In this document: positions 51,569 through 60,584 of the stretch, piece after piece
Layout: each line of letters opens with the position of its first letter
How positions within the stretch are numbered: position 1 is the first letter of the stretch
DNA from: a virus
Lineage: Duplodnaviria; Caudoviricetes
DNA: 64,000 bases
IMG/VR virus record: IMGVR_UViG_3300033463_000005
Location: 160,001-224,000 of that record
Reading direction: 5' to 3' (one strand)
Position numbers and translations under genes: made by a program
The notes under the pieces: model-generated
The model's input: the letters and a program-made list of their open reading frames with translations, nothing else
Told to the model about the DNA's origin: nothing
Database searches by the model: none

Positions 51569-51592
51569 AATGGTGGGCCGAAGCCCACCATT
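51569..51592 (-). terminator. intrinsic terminator
   Basis: AATGGTGGGC-CGAA-GCCCACCATT with U-tract. Confidence 0.85.
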
Positions 51593-51594
51593 CA

Positions 51595-52293
51595 TCATGA
51601 CGGCTTTCCATCAACACGCGGATCATTTTTCCAAGGTTTATCAATGAAAACTGCAATGCGTTTATATTTCGGAAATTGATCTATTAACCAATTCAATTCC
51701 AATGGTTTCTCTCTTCCTCCAAAATATGCAACATCGATTTGATTATGGAAATGCGATATTTCTGATGCATAATATTTATGGCTTCCATGTATATGACCAT
51801 GGATGTTCAACTTGTTCTGATTATCTTGCGGACGATGTGAAAACAGTATATCATTCCATATAAACTTTGGAGTTACATATCTGAAACCGTTATCCAAATA
51901 CCATTGATCATCAAACAAATCATTGTTACCACGTGTCATAATTTTGATTCCTGGTATTTGTTGTAAGATGGATGATATCTCCTGTTTCTTCTCGATTTCT
52001 CCATCACAGATATCTCCAAGAAAAATTAACAAATCATCATGATTGATAATCGACTGACAATTTTTGATAATGGTTTTAGTCTTGGGATTTTGGTAATTCG
52101 CTTTCGTATCTTTATCAAATTTAATCAGATGCCAATCACTCATGAGATATACCTTATGTCCCGTATTCAAAGTTTTGTCAATTAAATTTGCAATTGATGT
52201 GGATTTCTTTGGGTCCGCATCCAGTATCTGTTGATTGATCTTATCTTCTTTCTTTCGGGAATATTCCTGTATGATTTGAATGAAATGATTCAT
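51595..52293 (-). CDS. calcineurin-like metallophosphoesterase
   Basis: SDWH, LGD, RGNND, FSHRP, HGHIH; GAGGTG RBS before MNHFIQIIQE. Confidence 0.85.
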   Translation of the reverse strand: MNHFIQIIQEYSRKKEDKINQQILDADPKKSTSIANLIDKTLNTGHKVYLMSDWHLIKFDKDTKANYQNPKTKTIIKNCQSIINHDDLLIFLGDICDGEIEKKQEISSILQQIPGIKIMTRGNNDLFDDQWYLDNGFRYVTPKFIWNDILFSHRPQDNQNKLNIHGHIHGSHKYYASEISHFHNQIDVAYFGGREKPLELNWLIDQFPKYKRIAVFIDKPWKNDPRVDGKPS

Positions 52294-52342
52294 TGTCAAC
52301 ACCTCACATATGGATTTTATGTTTACCATTTTTGTGAAAAAA

Positions 52343-52367
52343 GAAGGGAGTCGGTTTGACTCCCTTC
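52343..52367 (-). terminator. intrinsic terminator
   Basis: GAAGGGAGTC-GGTTT-GACTCCCTTC with U-tract. Confidence 0.85.
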
Positions 52368-52371
52368 ATCA

Positions 52372-54246
52372 TCAAAATGGTTGGACCAAAAAGTCATATG
52401 CTCCTTTGATATCATAAATCGGAATATTCTTTGCTTTTGCTTTTTCTGTTTTTGCAGACGTATAACTCAAATCCGGTACAATGACAGCAACACAATCATT
52501 CGACCATCCTCCAACTTCATATCCAGACTCAATCAAAGCTTCAGTCAGATCTGCATCACGTGTTCCTGTCATGCAAATCTTTCCACCTTTTCCATATTGA
52601 TAATCAACACGCTTTAACCGTTTCGGTACCCACTCCATCATTGATTGAATTTCTTCTTTATTGCGCATATATCCATCAATGATTCGTTGCAGTTTCATAG
52701 TTCCAACATTTGGAATATATCCAATCGTCATAATGTATTCCGGAAAACTACCATCCACCATCGAATGAATGATTTCATCATCTCCAACAACAGACAGGAT
52801 TTGTTTCCATGTCTTCTCATCCGTGTCGTTGAAAGATAATGCCCCGAGGAATCGTGGAAGTGTTGCTTCTTCCAAAGCTTTCGAGATTGAGTTGATGATG
52901 TTCAGAAATGATTGATAACCAATACCTTCGACTTCTTGTGGAATGATATCATCATATGTATGCAGATCATATAGATCTTCAATCTTTGATAAAAATCCAC
53001 CATCGTACAATTTTGTGATAACACCTTTACCGACACCAACCATCTTCATCTTTTCTGCATGACGAATGATTGCACCGAGCTTCAATCCTTTGCAATTCGG
53101 ATTGGAACAACGTACAAGTCGATATGACAAATAATCCAGCTTTGCACCACAGATCGGACAATTCTGTGGAACCGGAATCGGATAATCACCATCATGATAC
53201 GATTCCAAGAAATATGGCACGATGTTGTACATGATGCGAACCGTGTCATCATGGCGTAATTGCATATCCACAACACGTTGTAATGTGGATAATGTCACAT
53301 GATCAACCGTAACCGTATCAAACTTTACTGGTTCCAGAATTGCAACAGGAGTGATTCTCCCTTGTTTTCCGAATTGATACTCAATTGATTTCAGCTTCGT
53401 CTCTTGCACATTATACAGAATCTTGATTGCGATTTCATATTCGGGACGTGTGAATACGACTGGTCCATCAAAGTGAATCATCGATGGAACCACACCATCA
53501 ATTGAATATGTCTTTTCGTTGATTTTAACTGTGGCGCCATCATCTAATCTCGCTTTGATAAATGATTCAATCCCTGTGTAATCATCACATCGACAAAATA
53601 GACACGTTGAAGATTCTGTCAATGGAGATGGGATGTATTGTCTTCCATCGATATACCCACGCAACGGAATCAATGACACATATCGAATCAAATCCATATT
53701 ACGGGATGTAATTGCAGCAGCAACAACATCACGTGGACGTTTGTATATTTTACTTAAATCACTTTGGAAGAATGATTCGTGTGAAACAATTGCTTCGAAT
53801 TTAATTGCCGTTGTTCCATCCCATACAAATGAACGAATCTCTTCCAATCGATTTTCGAATAACTCAGTCACATCGACTGAAGTCCCATCATCATAATCCC
53901 CTCTTGTGAAGAATCGATTGGTTCGTAAATCACATGCAACCGAACATCCGTCGAATTTTGGCTGTAAACAAATATCACCATTCCATGATTTTGATTCAAT
54001 GTGGTCTTTATATGTTTTCTGTCCCGGTCGCATCGGAATTGTACATCCATATACTTTCGGTAGTGTTCCGACGATATCATTGACTGCATCGGATTGCGTT
54101 TGTCTATTGAATGGACGTGCTGATTCTCCACCATGTTCTTTCAGATAATCTTCCAATAGTCTATCATATTCTTCGTCTGAAATGAGTGGATTGCCTTTTG
54201 AATACGCTTCAATGTATTTGTCCAATTCTTGTTTTGTGATTGACAT
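52372..54246 (-). CDS. ligA: NAD-dependent DNA ligase
   Basis: ISDEEYD, KFDG, TRGD, IDGVV, GRITPVA, Zn finger CPICG...C..PNC, C-terminal BRCT. Confidence 0.95.
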   Translation of the reverse strand: MSITKQELDKYIEAYSKGNPLISDEEYDRLLEDYLKEHGGESARPFNRQTQSDAVNDIVGTLPKVYGCTIPMRPGQKTYKDHIESKSWNGDICLQPKFDGCSVACDLRTNRFFTRGDYDDGTSVDVTELFENRLEEIRSFVWDGTTAIKFEAIVSHESFFQSDLSKIYKRPRDVVAAAITSRNMDLIRYVSLIPLRGYIDGRQYIPSPLTESSTCLFCRCDDYTGIESFIKARLDDGATVKINEKTYSIDGVVPSMIHFDGPVVFTRPEYEIAIKILYNVQETKLKSIEYQFGKQGRITPVAILEPVKFDTVTVDHVTLSTLQRVVDMQLRHDDTVRIMYNIVPYFLESYHDGDYPIPVPQNCPICGAKLDYLSYRLVRCSNPNCKGLKLGAIIRHAEKMKMVGVGKGVITKLYDGGFLSKIEDLYDLHTYDDIIPQEVEGIGYQSFLNIINSISKALEEATLPRFLGALSFNDTDEKTWKQILSVVGDDEIIHSMVDGSFPEYIMTIGYIPNVGTMKLQRIIDGYMRNKEEIQSMMEWVPKRLKRVDYQYGKGGKICMTGTRDADLTEALIESGYEVGGWSNDCVAVIVPDLSYTSAKTEKAKAKNIPIYDIKGAYDFLVQPF

Positions 54247-54271
54247 ATTAACCTCCTATACGAAATAGAAT

Positions 54272-54295
54272 GATGGGGCGCATATGCGCCCCATC
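54272..54295 (-). terminator. GGGG-CATATG-CCCC family palindrome
   Basis: GATGGGGCGCAT|ATGCGCCCCATC, perfect 24-bp palindrome. Confidence 0.75.
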
Positions 54296-54302
54296 TCATC
54301 AT

Positions 54303-54566
54303 TTATAATCCAAATGCTTTTGGACCGATTACTTGTGAAGGTGGTGGATTTGTAAGACCCGGTGTACAATGAGCAACCCATGGGGACATTGCATCAACTG
54401 CAGGAGTGTTTGGATTCTCATCGAAATTTACCGGAAATGGTTGACCAGTTCCTGTTGGAAAGTGACCCTTCTCCATGTCTTTCAGAATCGTTGTGAAATC
54501 GGTTGTTCCCGCATAATTATGCGCAGGCGTCATAATGGTTGATTGTCCGGATGAATAAATATCCAT
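54303..54566 (-). CDS. small proline-rich hypothetical protein
   Basis: AAAGGAGG RBS; early motif ATATATGATT at ~54589-54598. Confidence 0.75.
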   Translation of the reverse strand: MDIYSSGQSTIMTPAHNYAGTTDFTTILKDMEKGHFPTGTGQPFPVNFDENPNTPAVDAMSPWVAHCTPGLTNPPPSQVIGPKAFGL

Positions 54567-54615
54567 AAACTCAACCTCCTTTCACAGTAATCATATATCT
54601 ATATAAATAAAATTA

Positions 54616-57600
54616 TTACATCACAGATGTTGCATTGGCATTATTTACGCTTGCGGTTTTTCTTGCATCAGATTGTTTCATTTCTTCCCATGCAGTTCTG
54701 TTAATTTTAACCAGCTCATTCATGTCGGAAGCCAATGCATTAACAAACGCTTTTGCACCTTTGACACAAACTTTCATACCATCGAGTGCGTCCTTATATG
54801 CACGCATATTCGTTTGATCTTCTTTCACACTCTTCATACTATCTAGAATTGAAATCATGTTATTCAGAAGATGTTCCCACATTTTGTGCCAATCTTCTAA
54901 TTTATTATAAATATTATCAGAACGATATTCTCCAGTCATTGGGTCAAATCCGCCAACTCTTCCACGATTATTAGTAACATTATTTGTACCGAAGCAGATT
55001 TTGTCCAACCAGTCGGATGTTGCTTGGTCGATAACATATTTGATTCGTTCCAGATTTGTATGTTCAACGATTGAAATACCTTTTGCGATATTATCAAATT
55101 TCATCGGACCCAATGCTTCAATTTTAGCCTGATCCAATCTTTTCTGACCATTACCGTTTTTAACTTGATTGCCGCAAAGATATGCCAAATGTTGAATGAT
55201 CGTTGTGTATTTAAGAAGACTCTCATCGTCTATGAGAGGCTGCCCAGCTCTGGCTTTTGGATTAAATAGATAGAAATGAACACCGTCTTTGAACAAAGCA
55301 CTCCACGTATGTCCATTCACATCATGAATCGTTTTATATTTATTCTTTTTGGATTTGATTTTGAAAATCAAATTCTTAAACTTTCTGATGATTTGTCCCA
55401 ACAGTCTCAGCAAACCATTGAGAGCATTTCTTAAAATACCGATAACACCCTTTGGAGATTGCGTCCAGTCTCCACGAGACATATCAGAAGCACCGGGAGC
55501 GTTGATTGTTTCGGTGTAGAATCCTTCCATAAATGCACTGATATCACCGGATATTTTCTTTTTGTCAACTGATTTAGTTTCGAGAATTGTCATCATTTCA
55601 TCGAAATTCTGCGAGAAGAATTCCATTGCCATTTCAGCAGTATGGACATCCTCGGTCAATTCTTCGATGTCAATATCTTCAACATCGTCATCATCAGAAA
55701 CAGAACCACGAATATGGAATTTATCAACCGCAGTATGCATTGCCGTTGTTTCATCCATACCCATCTCAAGAAGTTCTTCGTATTCCTTTTTGACATCAGG
55801 ATCTTTTGGTTCATACTTTTCACCGGTCATTTCACATTTCGCAAACAACAATTGTTCCATGTGGAAACGTTCCTCGTTTGCAATATCTGCGTACAAACGA
55901 CGAAGAACATCCACATTGGTTTCTTTTGCACCATCCATGTATTCATTCATGGCATCAGCTTCAGAAGCCATCAATTTCATCAGAATTCCAATTTCTTTCG
56001 GATCATATTCATTTTGTTCATCTGATACATCGGAACCAAATTTACCGAGATCGATGTCATCTGTATTTACAGTTTCATCGGCATCGGTTTCGATTGTTGT
56101 TTTTTCTTCTTTGGTTTCCTCTTTCAACTCATCGTCATCCAGATCGATATCTCCGACGGTGATTTTTTCAACACTTTCTTCTGCTTCTTGAACAAAGCGG
56201 GACGGGATCATGACATGCGCCTCCTTCACAGGTTTAAATGGTTTTGCGGTTCCATCATACATCATTTTTGTATGAGTGTATATCCAGTTCATGAATTCTT
56301 TGATGGGTGTACCATAATCAATCTTTTCGTCTGTATAATCCCAAACGCCAAAGTTGATTGGTTTGTTCTCCACATCAGCAGAACATTCTGCGACGTAATC
56401 AAAGATTTCATTTAATGTGTTGAATGTACGGCGACGCATATGTCCCCATTCATCCGTAACACGCTTGAATGCTCCTTCGAGATAAATGAATTTTCCTTCA
56501 TATGGAACGACACAAATCGTATGTGTATTAATCGGTTTATTATTCGTCGTTGTAAACGACATGAAGTATTTTTTGTATGTTACACCATATGCTTGGAGAT
56601 ATCCAGCCTCATATTCCACAAAGTCAAAGCAGTTACCTCCACCGGCTTCATCAACTTCTTGACCAGAATGGAATACCCAATATTTATTGTAATCCGCGTC
56701 AGATACGTTTCCAGTCATCAAACGACCATCACGAATCAAACCATATTTGAGTCGTTTCAAATCGTTGGATAACCATTGGCAAACTTTGTCTGTTGAGTAA
56801 TCAAACTTTGTCGATTTGCTTAATACCGATGGTGGAACAATCCATCTCCATTTGAATGTGAAGTATCTGCGATGATGCTTTTCGTTCTTTGCATTCTTAA
56901 CCGTGGATTTCATTTTCATTGCGGAGATTTGATCAACACGAATGGTTCCATATAGTTTCATACGAACCGGTTCAGTGATCCAAACTTCACGCGTGACATT
57001 TGTGTCCCATACTTTCTTTTCTTGGATCAACTGTTTTGTTGTTTTATGTTTGTAATCCTTGAATGGTTTTTCAGGGACGTACACATACATTTTGTCGAAA
57101 CGCTCTGGTGTATCACGTTCCATGTTTACCATGATACCATTCAATGCACCCTCAATGGATGAAGAAAAACAAACACGTGGAGACGTATTGTCTTCAAAAT
57201 AATTGTCATTCGGATCATATGGATCCAAATATTCCGGAACACGTGGTTGGAATATCTGCCCATCGAAATGTGATTTTTGTGATACATGGAAAACCAGATT
57301 ATCAGAGAATGGGTTTACACCATTCTTGATATCCTGGAATGCTCCTTCTTGGATGGTGTCAATAAAACCCTCGGTGAATAACTCACGATATGGTCCGTGT
57401 CTAAAAGCATTCTTTAATTTTTCAGGAACATAGTGGTTTGCCCAATCTTTTAGAACAGACTTGACAAGAATTCCAACCGATCGAATATCATTGAGTGCTT
57501 TCTTGTCTTCGGGTGTTTCAATTTTATATGGTAGATTTTTGACTTTCAAAAGTGGATTTGTTTCATATACATTTTTTGCAGTATCACGAATGTCTGTTAA

Positions 57601-59439
57601 AATGTTTATCAATTCCTCATGCGGAAATGTAAAGGATCCTTCATGAATTTTCTTTCTGTCTTCTGGTAATTTATCAAAATCATTAATAACCCAAATGATA
57701 CCACGAATTTGAATAATAGTTTCATCAAGAAGATCCCGCCATACTTCTGGCGCCGACACCGACATATCCCAATTATCATCGTTGCCGACATCAAATTCTT
57801 CAATGGATTTTATATTCCATGAACTTTCCGGAATGGATGCCCAATAATAATATAATTTTGACATTGCGAACAATATTTTGCTCGTCAATTTTGTTGTAAA
57901 TGTTCCATCTTCCTCGTCAATTTCCCAATAGTCGTGATTGTCTGTAGAAGATTCTTGAAAGTTTTCTACATCAGGTCTGATGATATATCGAACCGTTACA
58001 GGTTGCACATCCTTGATCGGGACTTCATTGAGATCAACGAGAAGAGCTTCTTTTGATTGATCCATCCATTCGTATTTTGCAACATGATCTTTTAATTTAG
58101 AAATATCAATTGCATATATGAAACCATTACCAGTCAATTCAAATGGTTCAAATGATTTACCATCATAATCGTGAACACGAACATGGACAACCTTAAGAGG
58201 TTCATCAAGACCATCCGTCTGGTTCCATTCATCATAATCCGAATTAAATGATCGGATTCCCATTCGATAGAGTTGTCTCACCCAAGGTCTATCGGCGGAA
58301 AAAATACTTGCAATGCCTTTGTAAGGTGTGATAAACAATTGTTTATCAATATCAATTTTGTCATTTAATTTCTTTGCACACCCAAAGTACACAATATCAG
58401 GTTTATAATTTTGAATAGGGATCGGTTTGTCTGAAGCATAATTATCTTTTGCTGATTCTTGAACGGGATCATCGGACGCAATCATTCCATGATCTTTCGC
58501 ATATTGTTCATCTTCATCACAAAGCATTCCATGTTCTCTCATATATGGGATGTCTTTCGATTCATCCCACGGAACCAGCATTGTCATGGAATTCATTTTC
58601 GTTAACAATGCTTTATTCAAAGGACGATCATCCAAACGACAGATGTATGATTCAGAGTAATCAATATTACCAAAATAATCATTGAATATTTTCAATGATG
58701 ACATTGGTTCAAAGATTCCTTGTTGTGGGTCCAGAATGCTTGGGATGTTAAAACTGATCAACATGAATTCATGCCCACCGGTTCCACCATTCCATTTCAC
58801 ATGAACATAGAATCGAGCATTTGGCTGTGTCATGATCCAATCGTTCAGTTCTTGGAAATTCGGGAATTCTTTTCGATCCGGATTCATGACAATACTTTCA
58901 CCATATACATCGAATGCAGGATCACGTGGAGAATAGATTGGTCGTGGTAACACATTGATTCCACGGAAGTTTGCTTCTGCACACCATGTACACAGTTCAC
59001 AATTCTGATTTCCCGTTGGCGGTTTCTGATCTGCAACATATTTTGCATGAATCCGATTAGCAATACTTTTCGCCAATGCCAAAGGATCCGTTTGATTTGA
59101 TACACCTTTTACACGTTTCATCAATTCGTCTTCTTCATAATATGGAGCCAATGTATGTGGAGGAGCATTTCCAATACTGGTTCCATCTGACATTGGGGGA
59201 ACTTGTTCTTGTGCAAACAGTTTTACTTTCTTCCATCCAGATGTATCAAGATTATATTCACGGGCACGACGCAGTATTTTACGTGCCAAGGGCTTTCTAT
59301 CAGCGCCCTTTGCATATCCAACTTTCTTTGCAGCATCTTCAATATGAGCAGCATCATTCAGTGGGAATTTACGTTTATCTGGAATTCCGAATTGGGAATC
59401 TTTTAAACTGTTTCGCTTTTCAGTTGACATTTTAGCCAC
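54616..59439 (-). CDS. multidomain putative head-packaged effector polyprotein
   Basis: AAAGGAG RBS before GTG 59439/ATG 59430; QE-delimited domains: DUF6582-like, papain-fold, two ART-like, transglutaminase-like, ferritin-like, helical C-terminal. Confidence 0.7.
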   Translation of the reverse strand: MAKMSTEKRNSLKDSQFGIPDKRKFPLNDAAHIEDAAKKVGYAKGADRKPLARKILRRAREYNLDTSGWKKVKLFAQEQVPPMSDGTSIGNAPPHTLAPYYEEDELMKRVKGVSNQTDPLALAKSIANRIHAKYVADQKPPTGNQNCELCTWCAEANFRGINVLPRPIYSPRDPAFDVYGESIVMNPDRKEFPNFQELNDWIMTQPNARFYVHVKWNGGTGGHEFMLISFNIPSILDPQQGIFEPMSSLKIFNDYFGNIDYSESYICRLDDRPLNKALLTKMNSMTMLVPWDESKDIPYMREHGMLCDEDEQYAKDHGMIASDDPVQESAKDNYASDKPIPIQNYKPDIVYFGCAKKLNDKIDIDKQLFITPYKGIASIFSADRPWVRQLYRMGIRSFNSDYDEWNQTDGLDEPLKVVHVRVHDYDGKSFEPFELTGNGFIYAIDISKLKDHVAKYEWMDQSKEALLVDLNEVPIKDVQPVTVRYIIRPDVENFQESSTDNHDYWEIDEEDGTFTTKLTSKILFAMSKLYYYWASIPESSWNIKSIEEFDVGNDDNWDMSVSAPEVWRDLLDETIIQIRGIIWVINDFDKLPEDRKKIHEGSFTFPHEELINILTDIRDTAKNVYETNPLLKVKNLPYKIETPEDKKALNDIRSVGILVKSVLKDWANHYVPEKLKNAFRHGPYRELFTEGFIDTIQEGAFQDIKNGVNPFSDNLVFHVSQKSHFDGQIFQPRVPEYLDPYDPNDNYFEDNTSPRVCFSSSIEGALNGIMVNMERDTPERFDKMYVYVPEKPFKDYKHKTTKQLIQEKKVWDTNVTREVWITEPVRMKLYGTIRVDQISAMKMKSTVKNAKNEKHHRRYFTFKWRWIVPPSVLSKSTKFDYSTDKVCQWLSNDLKRLKYGLIRDGRLMTGNVSDADYNKYWVFHSGQEVDEAGGGNCFDFVEYEAGYLQAYGVTYKKYFMSFTTTNNKPINTHTICVVPYEGKFIYLEGAFKRVTDEWGHMRRRTFNTLNEIFDYVAECSADVENKPINFGVWDYTDEKIDYGTPIKEFMNWIYTHTKMMYDGTAKPFKPVKEAHVMIPSRFVQEAEESVEKITVGDIDLDDDELKEETKEEKTTIETDADETVNTDDIDLGKFGSDVSDEQNEYDPKEIGILMKLMASEADAMNEYMDGAKETNVDVLRRLYADIANEERFHMEQLLFAKCEMTGEKYEPKDPDVKKEYEELLEMGMDETTAMHTAVDKFHIRGSVSDDDDVEDIDIEELTEDVHTAEMAMEFFSQNFDEMMTILETKSVDKKKISGDISAFMEGFYTETINAPGASDMSRGDWTQSPKGVIGILRNALNGLLRLLGQIIRKFKNLIFKIKSKKNKYKTIHDVNGHTWSALFKDGVHFYLFNPKARAGQPLIDDESLLKYTTIIQHLAYLCGNQVKNGNGQKRLDQAKIEALGPMKFDNIAKGISIVEHTNLERIKYVIDQATSDWLDKICFGTNNVTNNRGRVGGFDPMTGEYRSDNIYNKLEDWHKMWEHLLNNMISILDSMKSVKEDQTNMRAYKDALDGMKVCVKGAKAFVNALASDMNELVKINRTAWEEMKQSDARKTASVNNANATSVM

Positions 59440-59466
59440 GCATAGCAGCTCCTTTCTAAACAAAGT

Positions 59467-59504
59467 TACCGAGACGTTTCGATTGTCAAATAAACAACCG
59501 CATA
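59467..59504. promoter_or_regulatory. back-to-back putative late promoters
   Basis: Minus AACGTCTCGGTA (59467-59478) and plus AACAACCGCATA (59493-59504). Confidence 0.5.
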
Positions 59505-59557
59505 AATATGTGATATATTTTATATATCTATCCAATCTGAACGGAGTGTGAACCTAT

Positions 59558-60532
59558 ATGAATGAATTAATTCAATCGATTAAAACAGTGGATCGGTGTC
59601 TTGAATCATCAGACTTTGAAGTCATTCAGAGTCTTTTGAATTGTTATTCAAAAGCAATGTCTGTATTGGAATATTGCGATGATACTACAGATGTTTCATC
59701 ATTTGAGATTTTCCAAGAGTCTTTTAAAGATGATTTGAAGAAACCTATTTTCGGCGATAAGAGTGAAAGTGTTGCAAAACGAATCCTTATGGTTTTGCCG
59801 CGTATTATCGCAAAACTTATCACGTTGCTAACAAATATGATTTCGCGTTTTAAAAAATCAGAAAAGCGGGCAGAGAAAACCGCTGAAGATATCAAACAAA
59901 CAGTCGAAGATATTCCGGAAGAATCTAAAGAAAAAACTATTATGCTTAATTTATACTATACACCAAATGTGACTGGTTTGGATTATGTCCATGAGATTCA
60001 TAAAGCATATGATGGTATCCAGGGTGTTGTTTTTGGTGCAATATTTACCCAAAAAGATGGAAACACAACTATTTCTAAATATTTGGAAATATTGCGAAAT
60101 GAACGAGATCTCGAAAGGATTGCACAGCGTCTACAAGGAATTGATACACTCACTCGTCTTGAAAAACGCTCACAAACTCTTACTGCCGATGACATAGCCA
60201 GATATGTCGAATCAATGTTGGATGAATCGGACGAAGAGTCTATAGATGTTATAATAGAATATATGACCAAGGATTTAAAAGAAATCAAATCCATGATTGA
60301 ACGAGAAGTGTCCAATGTAGATAACCAAAACATGAACCCAAAATATGCAGCGCGTGATAGAACTTCTAGTAGACGGAAATGGAGATTCCATTCACCAGAA
60401 GAAATTCAGCGGGTTATTGATTTCATCTCACAAATTGTCAGTCAATTATCCGAGTTTCAAGCAAAATATTGGAAAATGAAAACTGACGATCTCAATGAAC
60501 TGCAACGTGGCGCTGATGCATTAATAAAATAA
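59558..60532 (+). CDS. putative internal head protein (QE-site family)
   Basis: Acidic N-terminal propeptide-like region, FQES, then a basic amphipathic helix. Confidence 0.6.
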   Translation: MNELIQSIKTVDRCLESSDFEVIQSLLNCYSKAMSVLEYCDDTTDVSSFEIFQESFKDDLKKPIFGDKSESVAKRILMVLPRIIAKLITLLTNMISRFKKSEKRAEKTAEDIKQTVEDIPEESKEKTIMLNLYYTPNVTGLDYVHEIHKAYDGIQGVVFGAIFTQKDGNTTISKYLEILRNERDLERIAQRLQGIDTLTRLEKRSQTLTADDIARYVESMLDESDEESIDVIIEYMTKDLKEIKSMIEREVSNVDNQNMNPKYAARDRTSSRRKWRFHSPEEIQRVIDFISQIVSQLSEFQAKYWKMKTDDLNELQRGADALIK

Positions 60533-60542
60533 AAAAAAACGA

Positions 60543-60573
60543 TTAGATGAGGGGCATGAAGCCCCTCATCTAA
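60543..60573. terminator. hairpin terminator
   Basis: TTAGATGAGGGGC-ATGAA-GCCCCTCATCTAA. Confidence 0.85.
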
Positions 60574-60584
60574 AATATTAAATA

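Noticed and set aside
59440-59535. N-terminal extension of the 1639-aa ORF given in the track
   Set aside because: It overlaps the divergent promoter region; the RBS supports a start at 59439 or 59430
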